Positions 1 to 9,744 of a stretch of 64,000 bases of DNA are shown here, piece by piece. A program made the position numbers and the translations under genes. The notes beneath the pieces are model-generated. The model searched no databases. It saw only the letters and a program-made list of their open reading frames with translations, and was not told where the DNA came from. Origin of the DNA: Myxococcales bacterium (GTDB lineage: Bacteria; Myxococcota_A; Polyangia; Polyangiales; DASUME01); the NCBI GenBank assembly GCA_047601445.1, contig JASGJH010000001.1, positions 224,001 through 288,000 on the forward strand. The letters run 5' to 3'. Position 1 is the stretch's first letter; each line of letters begins with the position of its first letter.

Positions 1-479
1 TTGCTGAAGCCCGGAACCGCGGGGGGAAACGCGCGGTCCCAGCCGGCTTTGCCGGTGGCGCAAGTCATGGCCAGGCTGCGTCCGTGGAAGCTGTCGACGG
101 TAGTGATCACCTCGAAGGCCCCCTGCTTGTGCTTCTGCCCCCACTTGCGTGCGAGTTTCACCGCGGCCTCGTTGGCCTCCAGGCCCGAGCTGGCGAGGAA
201 CACGCGCTCGAGCCCGCTGGCGTGCGCGAGCCGCTCCGCGAGCGCCACGGCGTTGGCGTTGAAGTAGGCCGGGCCCACGTTGACGAGCTGGTCCATCTGC
301 TGGCTCAGGGCGCGCTTGAGCACCTCAGGGGCGTGCCCGAGGCAGTTCACGGCCCAGCCCTGGATGAAGTCGAGGTAGCGCCGTCCCTGGTCGTCCCAGA
401 GCTCGGAGCCCGCGCCGCGCAGCATGGCGGTGGCGGGCCGCTTTCCGAGTTCCATCAAGTGTTGCGACAGATTGCCCAT
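1..479 (-). CDS. argD: Acetylornithine aminotransferase (class III PLP aminotransferase), 5' part; runs off the window
   Basis: Not in the ORF track. Manual translation from ATG 479: MGNLSQHLMELGKRP..GAGSELWDDQGRRYLDFIQGWAVNCLGHAP..VFLASSGLEANEAAVKLARKWG..FHGRSLA, which matches ArgD/AstC class III motifs. SD-like AAGGAGAG upstream. Confidence 0.85.
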   Translation of the reverse strand, partial: MGNLSQHLMELGKRPATAMLRGAGSELWDDQGRRYLDFIQGWAVNCLGHAPEVLKRALSQQMDQLVNVGPAYFNANAVALAERLAHASGLERVFLASSGLEANEAAVKLARKWGQKHKQGAFEVITTVDSFHGRSLAMTCATGKAGWDRAFPPAVPGFS

Positions 480-538
480 GACGTTCGTCTCTCCTTCGGG
501 GGAGACCGCCGAACGGAGAGGCCGTGCGCACCAATGCG

Positions 539-564
539 AAAGGCCGCCCCGGGAGGCGGCCTTT
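539..564 (-). terminator. Putative attenuator terminator hairpin in the argD leader
   Basis: Perfect 10-bp inverted repeat AAAGGCCGCC (539-548) / GGCGGCCTTT (555-564), 6-nt loop. On the minus strand it ends in UUUCGCAUU (short U-tract). Confidence 0.7.
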
Positions 565-597
565 GCTTAGCGTGGTCTGTGATGAACCGGGGCCGCC

Positions 598-684
598 TCA
601 GGTAGCACGACGAGCGCGTGCAGCTGCACTACGAGCAGCGCGGGCACGGCGGGCGAGCTTGGAGGCGGTGGAACGAGTCAACAC
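598..684 (-). CDS. Putative Arg-rich leader peptide (28 aa, MLTRSTASKLARRARAARSAAARARRAT)
   Basis: GTG at 684 to TGA at 598-600. 8 Arg codons, 7 of them in codons 12-26. Lies directly upstream of the hairpin and argD. Confidence 0.7.
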   Translation of the reverse strand: MLTRSTASKLARRARAARSAAARARRAT

Positions 685-691
685 GGGTCTG

Positions 692-720
692 ACCCTAACA
701 GCTCGGGCTATCAGGGGCAA
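692..720 (-). promoter_or_regulatory. Putative sigma70 promoter of the argD leader
   Basis: Minus strand: TTGCCC (720-715), 17 nt, TAGGGT (697-692) with TGn extension, then 7 nt to the leader GTG. Confidence 0.55.
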
Positions 721-739
721 TCACGCGTGTTTGGAAAAC

Positions 740-1126
740 TCAGCCGAAGTCTCGCTCCACGCGTTCCTGATCCTCTTTGCAGCGGATGCAGAGCGTGGTC
801 TCGGGGCGGGCCTCGAGACGCTTGATGGAGATGGGCTCCTCGCAGGACTCGCAGTTACCGAATGTGTTGTCTTCGATGCGCTTGAGAGCTTGCTCGATCT
901 TGTCGAGGAAGAACCGCTCACGACCGCGCAGGCGGAAGGTGAAGGACTGCAGATACTCGCTCGACGCCATATCCATCTCGTCCGGCAGATCGTTGGTATC
1001 CAACGTCATGTCTTCCTGGAGGCTGTCCTTGGCGGCCTTGATCAAGGCATCGCGCTTCTCTTCGAGAATCGTCTTGAAACGCTTGAGATCCGTCTTCTTG
1101 AGCGCTTCGGACTTCTTGGTGGTCAT
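740..1126 (-). CDS. dksA: DksA/TraR family RNA polymerase-binding factor
   Basis: Coiled-coil tip DEMDMA (DxxDxA). C4 zinc finger CESC..RLEARP..CIRC. Start taken at MTTKK (1126). Confidence 0.9.
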   Translation of the reverse strand: MTTKKSEALKKTDLKRFKTILEEKRDALIKAAKDSLQEDMTLDTNDLPDEMDMASSEYLQSFTFRLRGRERFFLDKIEQALKRIEDNTFGNCESCEEPISIKRLEARPETTLCIRCKEDQERVERDFG

Positions 1127-1164
1127 ATGTGGCCCCCTGGTCCCTTCGTTAAAAGGAGCCGCAG

Positions 1165-1192
1165 AGGATAAGGCGCGTTCGCCCCACGTCAA
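1165..1192 (-). promoter_or_regulatory. Putative sigma70 promoter of dksA
   Basis: Minus strand TTGACG-16 nt-TATCCT, about 40 nt upstream of the ATG. Confidence 0.4.
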
Positions 1193-1338
1193 GCCCCTAC
1201 CGGCCCCCTTCACCGCCTGGGAGCATACCAAGGATTTCCCGTCCAGGATGTTGGTTCAGACGCAGGCGTTCCGAAAAGCCCCGGAATTCACCCCGTTGCT
1301 ACGATTATGTCTCGAAGATCACGATCTTTTTGCCGCCC

Positions 1339-3918
1339 TTAGCCGGGCCGGTGAGGCCTTCGACCAGGGAGCCGGCGGGCGGCGATGTCGGCCAGGAACA
1401 GGCCCAAGCCGAGCCACACGAACCAGCTCCAGCGTTCGCGCCAGGTAACGGTGTTTCGACCCCGGGCTCGGAACGCCGCGCCCGGCTCGGCAAGCTCGAG
1501 GACGCCACCACCGGTGACCTCGGCGAGGGTCGCCAAACGCTCCCATCCCGGGGGTCGCATGGCGTACTCGAGAGGGAAGGGGAAGGCGACGCTGGTCTCC
1601 CCGGAGAGGCGCTTCTGGTCCCCCGGGGAGGCGAGCTCGGCGCGGACCACGTAGCTGCCCGGGGCCAACAAGGGCACGCGGGCTTCATAGTGGCCGGGGC
1701 TCACCTGACTCAACGGCGCCTGCTGATCGGCAACGGTGCTCGCGGGGTCGCTGGTGGAGACGCGCAGGCTCCCCACCAGGCCGTTCACGAAGCGCTCGTC
1801 GGCGTCGAGCACGTCCAGGCTGGCGCGCAGCTGGTCGCCCTCGACACGGGCTTCCACGCGCAGCGCCTCGTCGCGCGTGGCGCGCATGTGCTCGCGGATC
1901 AGCTGGGCCCAGAACGCGCTGTGGGAGGGCCAGCCGAACCAGCTCGCGCTCCAGCGCGGCTTGAGATCAGGGGTCCACGCCAGCGACCAGCCGAGACCCA
2001 CCCGCATGCGCGCCAGCACCGGCTCTCCGAGCTCGCTCGCGAGCACCACCTGGGCGGGGTAGGGCCGCGCGCGCGTTGCCACATACCCGCGCAGTAATGG
2101 TGCGTTCTGCATGGGCAGTCCGCGCAGGAAGTCTGCCGGCGCCTGGACCCGCACGCCCACGTAGTCTTCCACGGCCGAGGAGCGCGCCACGGCGTGGGTC
2201 TCCTTCACGAACAGGCGCGGCACGCTCGAGGGGTCGGTGGTGAAGTAGGCGCGCCCGTGGCCCAGGCGGGCGAGCTCCTCGATCAGCGAGCGATTCACGT
2301 CGTCACCCAGGCCGATGGTGGAGACCGTGATGCCGTCGACCTGCATGTTCTGCACGAGCAGCGGTAGGCCCTTCTCCTGGGTCTGGCCGTCGGTCAGCAG
2401 GATCACGTGCTTCACCTTGGCGCGCACGCTCAAGAGGTCGCTGTAGGCCGCGTCGAGCGCGGGAAAAATCTGGGTGCCGCCGCCCGCGGCGAGCTTGCCG
2501 ATGCCGCGGGAGATGCCGACTCGATTGCTGGCGGACGAGAGCCTCACCACGCGGTCCGGTTGGGCGTCGAAGCCGATGACTCCGAGGAAGTCTTCGCTGC
2601 CGAGCAGCTCGCTGGTGGCGCGCGCGGCCTCCTTGGCGAGCTCGATCTTCTCGCCGCTCATGGAGCCGCTCTTGTCGATCACCAACACCAGGGCGAGGCT
2701 CGGTTGGTCGCGCCGGCGCTCCGTCTCGAGGCGCACCGGCAGGAGCGCTTCCATGCTCGAGTTGCGATAGCCGCCGAGTCCGAATGACTGCGGGCCGCCC
2801 GCCATCAAGAAGCCGCCGCCGTCCTCCACGTAGGCCTGTAGGGCTTGCACGCTGGCCTGCGCCAGCTGTTCACGCGGCACGTCCGAGAGGATCACGAAGT
2901 CGAAGGGGCGCAGTTCGCGCAAACTGGTGGGGAATCCCCGGCTTCCGCGCACGTCCACCTCAAAACCGGCGGCCTGGAGCAAGGTTTGAAAGGGCGCCGA
3001 CTCACCACTCTCTCCCTCCACGTAGAGCACGCGGGGAGCACCGTGGGCGGCGGCGCTCCGCGCGAAGGTATTGTTCTGCGGAAAGCGGTCGGGGCCCTGG
3101 GGAGCGAGCTCGACGCGATAGGTCACGGGGCCCGATACGTGGACCACGCTGCGGAAGCTGAGCTCGGTGTCGCCGGCCGAGAGCGCTACGTCGCGCACGC
3201 CTTCGAGACCGTTGAGCAGATCATTTTGATACAGGCGCAGGCGAGCCTGTTGGGGCTGCGTGGACGAGATTCGGACCTTCACCATGAAGGGCTCGCCCAC
3301 CTTGAGCGGCTCGGGTAGCTCGAGGGCGCTCACGGCGACCTCGGCGGGCAGGTTTCCCGAAGTGCGCACGACGAACAGGGGGATCTGCAGCGTGGCCAGC
3401 TGGGCGGTGGCTTGCTCGAGCTGGCCCTGGGTCTCCTGGCCGTCGCTTAGCAGCACGATCTGCCCGAGGCGCTCGGGCGCGAGCAAGCCGAGCGCCAGCG
3501 AGAGCGCGCCCTGGATATCCGTGCCTGCGACTTCGTGGGCCCGTGCGAGTGGGGAGTCAGCGCGGGGATCGAGCGTGAGTTTGCCCGCGTCGCGCGCGAA
3601 GGAGATGAAGTCCACGTGATGGGCCGCGCGCTGGGCCTCGGCCGCGCGCAAATAGTTCGCCATGTGCGCGAGGTCCTCGCTGGGCATGGAGTCCGAGACG
3701 TCGGCGACGAACACGGTGGAGGTCAGGGCAGTGGTCTCGCGCTCCGCGGGGCGCGCCAAGGCCAGCGCCAGGCACGCGACGAGCAGGCTGCGAGCCAGGA
3801 GCGCGAGGGCGCGGCGCGGACCGGACAAGCCGGACAAAGAGCGCACGGCCCCAGGCACGAGCAGCGGGACGAGCAAGAGGACGTAGAGCCACTCGGGTTG
3901 GCGAAGCGTGAGCGTCAC
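1339..3918 (-). CDS. Membrane-anchored double-VWA protein with BatA-like N-terminus and glutamine amidotransferase-like (DUF1355-type) segment
   Basis: Two MIDAS motifs (DVSDSM, DKSGSM) with LSDG/LTDG. FLMAGGPQSFGLGGY segment. N- and C-terminal TM helices. Confidence 0.85.
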   Translation of the reverse strand: MTLTLRQPEWLYVLLLVPLLVPGAVRSLSGLSGPRRALALLARSLLVACLALALARPAERETTALTSTVFVADVSDSMPSEDLAHMANYLRAAEAQRAAHHVDFISFARDAGKLTLDPRADSPLARAHEVAGTDIQGALSLALGLLAPERLGQIVLLSDGQETQGQLEQATAQLATLQIPLFVVRTSGNLPAEVAVSALELPEPLKVGEPFMVKVRISSTQPQQARLRLYQNDLLNGLEGVRDVALSAGDTELSFRSVVHVSGPVTYRVELAPQGPDRFPQNNTFARSAAAHGAPRVLYVEGESGESAPFQTLLQAAGFEVDVRGSRGFPTSLRELRPFDFVILSDVPREQLAQASVQALQAYVEDGGGFLMAGGPQSFGLGGYRNSSMEALLPVRLETERRRDQPSLALVLVIDKSGSMSGEKIELAKEAARATSELLGSEDFLGVIGFDAQPDRVVRLSSASNRVGISRGIGKLAAGGGTQIFPALDAAYSDLLSVRAKVKHVILLTDGQTQEKGLPLLVQNMQVDGITVSTIGLGDDVNRSLIEELARLGHGRAYFTTDPSSVPRLFVKETHAVARSSAVEDYVGVRVQAPADFLRGLPMQNAPLLRGYVATRARPYPAQVVLASELGEPVLARMRVGLGWSLAWTPDLKPRWSASWFGWPSHSAFWAQLIREHMRATRDEALRVEARVEGDQLRASLDVLDADERFVNGLVGSLRVSTSDPASTVADQQAPLSQVSPGHYEARVPLLAPGSYVVRAELASPGDQKRLSGETSVAFPFPLEYAMRPPGWERLATLAEVTGGGVLELAEPGAAFRARGRNTVTWRERWSWFVWLGLGLFLADIAARRLPGRRPHRPG

Positions 3919-3925
3919 GACGGCC

Positions 3926-5794
3926 TCACACCGTCCACCGGCGGTGAAAGCTCAGCCACTCGAGGCAAAGCAGGGCGAGCGCCAGGCCCACGAACCACGG
4001 CCAGCTGCGCTCGGGAAGGGCAGGCGTGGGAAGCGCACGCGTGTGGGCCTCGGTTTGGCCCAGCAGCTCGGAACGTGGTGCGATGGCCCCCTCGCGGAAC
4101 GCGTCGACATTGGCCACCAGGGTGCCGGTGAGGGCGCCCTGGCGCACGCGGTAGACACCCGTGCGCTCGGCCATGAACGCCACTTCTCCTCCATGGGGCT
4201 GCAACATGCGCGCGCCCGTGAACGGCGACTCCAGCGAGACCGGGGCCTGCTCGGGCACCGAGACTCGCAACACTTCGCCTGCGAGGCGACCCGTGCTGGC
4301 CGGGTTGCCGCGGGCCGAGAGTCGCTCGAGGCTGCGCAGCACGAGCAGCGGCCAGGCCGCGCGCAGCGGGAGGTCGCTCTCGCGTACGTCGAAGGTGAGC
4401 GCCAGGAAGGGAGCCCCGCGCTGTCCTTCGACGATCAAGGGCACATGCGCCGAGGTCTCGGCGAGCACGCGATCGCCTGCTTGCGGCGTGGTCGACAGAG
4501 CCCGCGCCAAATTCACGTCGCGCAGCGAGAGGTGCTTGAGCACCGGGTGGCGGGTGTCCACCTGATCGAAGAAGGGACGATTGATCTCACCCTGAACGGC
4601 CAGTGGGAAAAAGCCCGCGGTCTCGCGCGTGCCCAGGTACAGCGCCGGCACCTCGGGATCGTGGGCGGGGCGCGTGCGGTCGAAGATCACCGCGTCGAAG
4701 CCGGCGGCGCTCTGATACTGGTCCGGGGTGCGTTCCGCCACCTCGAGGTACTCCTCGAGGAGGAGCGCTGCTTCGAGGTAGCGATTGCCCTCCGACACCA
4801 CGAGCACGCGAATGCGGTGTTGCTCGGGCAAGCTGGCGTAGGCGCGGTCGTCGCTCGGTAGCGCGTCGGGCCCGCTTGCGAGCACCAGCTTGGCCTCGAG
4901 TGGAGCTTCGCTGGTGGGAAGATCCTTCAGCGTGCGAAAGGCGCGCTCGCCCGCGGCCAACACGAAGCGCTCCTCGTAGAGTGGGGTCCCCGCGCTCGAG
5001 ACGCCAAGCGTGACCTCTTCGGGGCGAGGCCCGAAGTTCTGCAGCGAGAGCATGCCCTCGAGATGTCCCTGGTCGAGCGCGTAGCCGCGCGCCGCGAAGG
5101 CCGTGATGCCCACGTTACGGGGGGACTTGCCGACGCGGTGATAGTGAAGCTGGAGCTGTGGGCGCGTCGCGAGCAGCTGCTTGGCCTGGGTTTCGCCGCC
5201 CAAATTGCCATCCGAAGCGAGGTGCAGCTCGGGGGAGCTCCGGCCGCTCAAGGCATCGAGCGCCAGGCGCACGCCCGTCACGAGGTCGCCAGGGATGTCG
5301 CTCGGGGGAATGGCGTCGAGGGCCTCCCGCAGCGTCTGGCGGTCGTTGCTCCAGGTGCAGCGCGGCGTGGCTTGCTGGTCGAGGGAGGCGATCAGGGCGT
5401 GGTCGTTCGGTCCCAATTCGGCGAGCAGGGCGCGCACCCTTTCCTTGGCCGCAGCGAGGCGAGTGCCGGGCTCGTCGGTGGCCCCCATGGAGGCGCTGCG
5501 GTCCACGAGGATGAGCAGATTGCGGCCGGTGCGGGGCGCGCTGCGGCGGATGTCTGCCAGCGCGAGCAGCATGCACAGCAGGATGGTCAGGGCGAGCAAC
5601 AACGAGAACACACGCCGCAAGCGCGTGGAGAGCGCGGCCTGCGCGCGGCTCTTGAGCAAGCTCTCCCACAGCGCGAGCGCGGGCACTACGATGCGTCGCC
5701 GCTGCTCCTTGAGGAGATAGAGCGCGACCACCGCGGCGCCCAGGCCGATCAACGCGGTCGCAAAGCCGCTGCCGCTGAGACCGAGCCATTCCAT
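3926..5794 (-). CDS. BatA/VWA domain membrane protein
   Basis: Start MEWLGL at 5794 overlaps the DUF58 stop (TAATG). LYLLK..VPALALW BatA motif, MIDAS DRSASM, C-terminal TM LEW. Confidence 0.85.
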   Translation of the reverse strand: MEWLGLSGSGFATALIGLGAAVVALYLLKEQRRRIVVPALALWESLLKSRAQAALSTRLRRVFSLLLALTILLCMLLALADIRRSAPRTGRNLLILVDRSASMGATDEPGTRLAAAKERVRALLAELGPNDHALIASLDQQATPRCTWSNDRQTLREALDAIPPSDIPGDLVTGVRLALDALSGRSSPELHLASDGNLGGETQAKQLLATRPQLQLHYHRVGKSPRNVGITAFAARGYALDQGHLEGMLSLQNFGPRPEEVTLGVSSAGTPLYEERFVLAAGERAFRTLKDLPTSEAPLEAKLVLASGPDALPSDDRAYASLPEQHRIRVLVVSEGNRYLEAALLLEEYLEVAERTPDQYQSAAGFDAVIFDRTRPAHDPEVPALYLGTRETAGFFPLAVQGEINRPFFDQVDTRHPVLKHLSLRDVNLARALSTTPQAGDRVLAETSAHVPLIVEGQRGAPFLALTFDVRESDLPLRAAWPLLVLRSLERLSARGNPASTGRLAGEVLRVSVPEQAPVSLESPFTGARMLQPHGGEVAFMAERTGVYRVRQGALTGTLVANVDAFREGAIAPRSELLGQTEAHTRALPTPALPERSWPWFVGLALALLCLEWLSFHRRWTV

Positions 5795-6732
5795 TAGCCG
5801 AGCAGGCCTCCCTGCTTGAGCAACAGCAGCACCGCCTGGTCGAACTCCGTTTGCACCGAGAGCTCGAAGCAACGTACGCGCTTGTCCCGACAATGGGCGC
5901 GCAGGGTGTCGAAGTGCTGCCGGTGCGCCTCGCGGTAGCGCTCGAGCAACCCACCCGTGATGGTCACGCTGCGTTCTTCGGAGGTTTCGCTGTCCACCAA
6001 CACCCACTCACCGTGCAGCGGCGGGTTCAGCTCGGCGGGGTCCAACATCAAGAGGAGCACCGGCTCGAGGCGCGCATAGCGGAGCGCGTCCAGCCCATGG
6101 GTGAGGCCCTGGAAGTCGTAGCCGTCCGTGATCACCAGGCACAGCCCGCGCGACGACTCGCGGGCCGCGAAGCTCTTGGCTGCCCGCGCGAAGTCCGTGC
6201 GACCCGCGGCGTCTTGGCTCTCCAAAAAGCGCAGCATGCGCAGCGCGCGGCTCTTGCCACGCAGGGGCGGCAGGCGCGCGGTGAGTCCGTCGGCGAAGCC
6301 CTGGATGCTCACGCGGTCGAGGTTGGCCAGGGCCACGTAGCCGAGTGCGGCGGCGATGCGCTTGGCCTGGGCGAATTTGGGGCTGACGCTGCCTGCGGGG
6401 CCTGCCTGGGTCATCGAGCTCGAGCAATCGAGGAGCACGTGCACCGTGAGATCGGCCTGCTCCTCGAACTGCTTGAGCAGCAAGCGATCCGAGCGCGCGA
6501 ACACCTTCCAGTCGAGGAAGCGAAAATCGTCGCCCGCCACATAGGGGCGATGGTCCGCGAACTCGACGCCGCTCGCCGAGCGATTGGCCTTGCGTTCAGC
6601 CTTGTCGCGTCCGCTCGCAAGGCGCCGCGAGACCAGGGCCAGGCCTTCCAGCTTCCGTTGGAACGCCTCGTCGAACAGGAGCTCACCTTGGGATGCGATC
6701 ACGGCAGCAGGCTGTTTGCGGAACAGGGCCAT
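5794..6732 (-). CDS. DUF58 domain protein (MoxR-associated)
   Basis: GVEFADHRPYVAGDDFRFLDWKVFAR and LDCSSSM motifs. Confidence 0.92.
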   Translation of the reverse strand: MALFRKQPAAVIASQGELLFDEAFQRKLEGLALVSRRLASGRDKAERKANRSASGVEFADHRPYVAGDDFRFLDWKVFARSDRLLLKQFEEQADLTVHVLLDCSSSMTQAGPAGSVSPKFAQAKRIAAALGYVALANLDRVSIQGFADGLTARLPPLRGKSRALRMLRFLESQDAAGRTDFARAAKSFAARESSRGLCLVITDGYDFQGLTHGLDALRYARLEPVLLLMLDPAELNPPLHGEWVLVDSETSEERSVTITGGLLERYREAHRQHFDTLRAHCRDKRVRCFELSVQTEFDQAVLLLLKQGGLLG

Positions 6733-6740
6733 GCGCGCCT

Positions 6741-7730
<990 letters not shown>

Positions 7731-7741
7731 GTGAGGGTCCT

Positions 7742-9694
7742 TTACTCGTCCCGCGGACGGATGAGCTGAAAATAGCGGCGCACATAGAAGCGCTGCCCGG
7801 GTGGCACCTGGTCGCGCTCGATCACGCTCTCGGCGTGGGCGCGATAGTCTGCATAGACTTTTTGATAGGGAGCGGTCTGAAAGCCGCGGTCGGCCGCGTC
7901 GAGAATAATTTGGCTGCGCGTGGGGCCCTTACCCTGGGCGCCGCTGATGGCGCTGTCGGTATGGTTCGCCTGGAGGCTCGTGGGCTGCGCGAGCGGCGGT
8001 GCGCCACGCTCGTCGCCCGCCTGGGAGGAGACCATGCTGGCACGCGAAGTCCCGGGCAAGAGAAGCTCGATGCTCTGTTGGGCCCCGCCACCCTGTTGGC
8101 CTGCGGGAGTCAGCACGTGCGTGGTCTGGCCCTGCCCGCCCCGTTCTCCGCGCTGCCCTTTCTGGGAGCCATCGCCCGTGGGGTCGCCCGGCTGGCCCTG
8201 GGAGCCCTGGCCGGCGCCTGGATTCGGCTGGAGCGCGAGCGTGTGTTCGTCGCCCTGTCCGCGCGCCTTGAGGACGAAGCGCTGTTCGCGCTGTTGCCGC
8301 TCCTCACTCGACTCGCCGGGGCGAGTGTCCTGCCCCTGTTGCTGTTGCTGTTGCTGTCCTGCACCCGGGCGCTCTTGTTGCGTCTGGGCTTTCCGCTGCA
8401 AGAGCTCGCGCAGTTGGGCCGCCTCGCGCGCCAGTTGCTGCGCCGCCTCGCTCCCGCGTTGCTGGTCGGCGAAGCGCTCCAGCTCGCGCGCGGCGTCTTC
8501 CAGGGCGCGCTCGGCTTCCGCGGAGGCGTCACGGTCGAGGGCTTCGCCCGCGCCGGCCAGATCGCGTGACAGGCGTTCGAGCCTGCGTGAACCGTCCCGG
8601 CGCTCGGCGTGTTCGCGTCGCAGGCGCTCGAGCTCGCGTCGCTTGCGCTCGAACAGGCTGCGCTCGCCCGGGTCCTGTGCGTTCGGAGCCTGGGGCTTTC
8701 GCAGCAAGCTTTCGAGCTCCTGCTCGCGTGCCGCGCTGTTCTCCTCGGCCTGCTGCCGCGCTCGCTCCTTGGCCAGCGCCTGCTTGAGTTGTTCGCGCTC
8801 CGCCGGAGTCCCGCCGCCCGCACGCGTGGCGAGCTCCCGCAGCTCCTGAGCCGCGCTGCGCGCATCCGTGGCGCGCAGGGCCTTGGCGAGGGGGGCGCTG
8901 GCCCGGGCCAGCTCGTCGGCTAGGTCCTGGAAGCGCGTACGCTCGGCGTCGCTCAGCCCGAGCGAACGCTCGAGCAACTTGCGCTCGAGGCCGATCAGCG
9001 CGTGCACTCCCTCGGCCCGGCTGAGCTCACCGGTGGCGAGCCCCTCGAGGATGGTGTTGAGCGCGCGCAGCTCGGCCTGTGCCTGCGGCGCGCCAGCTTG
9101 CTCGAGCTGGAGCTGCGTCAGCTCGCGCCGGAACGCGGTGAGGTCATCGCGGCCGAGGCTCGGCTGCTTTTGGACGCGCAGGGTGGGGACCGTGATCGCC
9201 GCTGGCGCCTTCGGCTGAGCGAGCCACGCGAAGGCGAGCGCGACCATTGGCAAGCCCAACAGGGCGAGCTCTGCGGGCCAGCGCCAAGGGACCGCGCGGC
9301 GTGCCGACCAGCCGGCTGCACGGCGGGTCACGTCGCGCAGATGGGCCTCCATAAACGTGCTGCGCTCGGCACGCGTAAGGCCCATGTACTCCACGCCGGC
9401 GCGCGCTCGCTGGTGTGGGTCTTCGGCGCGGTCCAGCAGCACCGCGGCCTGCGCGGACGACACCGGCCACAGCAGGCCGACGCACGCGGGTAGCCCGAGA
9501 AACGCCAGCAGCGCTAACCCGTGCGCCAGCCCGAGCTCGCTCGCCTGGGGCTGCGCCTGTACGCGCCAGACCACCAGCGTGCTGAGGGCGAACGAAGTGC
9601 CCACCACCAGACCTCGCAGACCTCTCCCGCCGCGCACGCGGACACGGGTCTGCGCGAGGACGCGCTCGAAGGCGACGAGATCGAGGTCAGACAT
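7742..9694 (-). CDS. Hypothetical membrane protein with long coiled coil and Gln/Gly-rich C-terminus
   Basis: Three N-terminal TM segments, E/R/L-rich helical region, poly-Q tract, C-terminal VP....YVRRYF. First gene before moxR. Confidence 0.75.
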   Translation of the reverse strand: MSDLDLVAFERVLAQTRVRVRGGRGLRGLVVGTSFALSTLVVWRVQAQPQASELGLAHGLALLAFLGLPACVGLLWPVSSAQAAVLLDRAEDPHQRARAGVEYMGLTRAERSTFMEAHLRDVTRRAAGWSARRAVPWRWPAELALLGLPMVALAFAWLAQPKAPAAITVPTLRVQKQPSLGRDDLTAFRRELTQLQLEQAGAPQAQAELRALNTILEGLATGELSRAEGVHALIGLERKLLERSLGLSDAERTRFQDLADELARASAPLAKALRATDARSAAQELRELATRAGGGTPAEREQLKQALAKERARQQAEENSAAREQELESLLRKPQAPNAQDPGERSLFERKRRELERLRREHAERRDGSRRLERLSRDLAGAGEALDRDASAEAERALEDAARELERFADQQRGSEAAQQLAREAAQLRELLQRKAQTQQERPGAGQQQQQQQGQDTRPGESSEERQQREQRFVLKARGQGDEHTLALQPNPGAGQGSQGQPGDPTGDGSQKGQRGERGGQGQTTHVLTPAGQQGGGAQQSIELLLPGTSRASMVSSQAGDERGAPPLAQPTSLQANHTDSAISGAQGKGPTRSQIILDAADRGFQTAPYQKVYADYRAHAESVIERDQVPPGQRFYVRRYFQLIRPRDE

Positions 9695-9744
9695 CGCTCC
9701 AACCCCAGTGTACCAGCTCTCAGAGCGGCGTATTCGCCGAAGAT

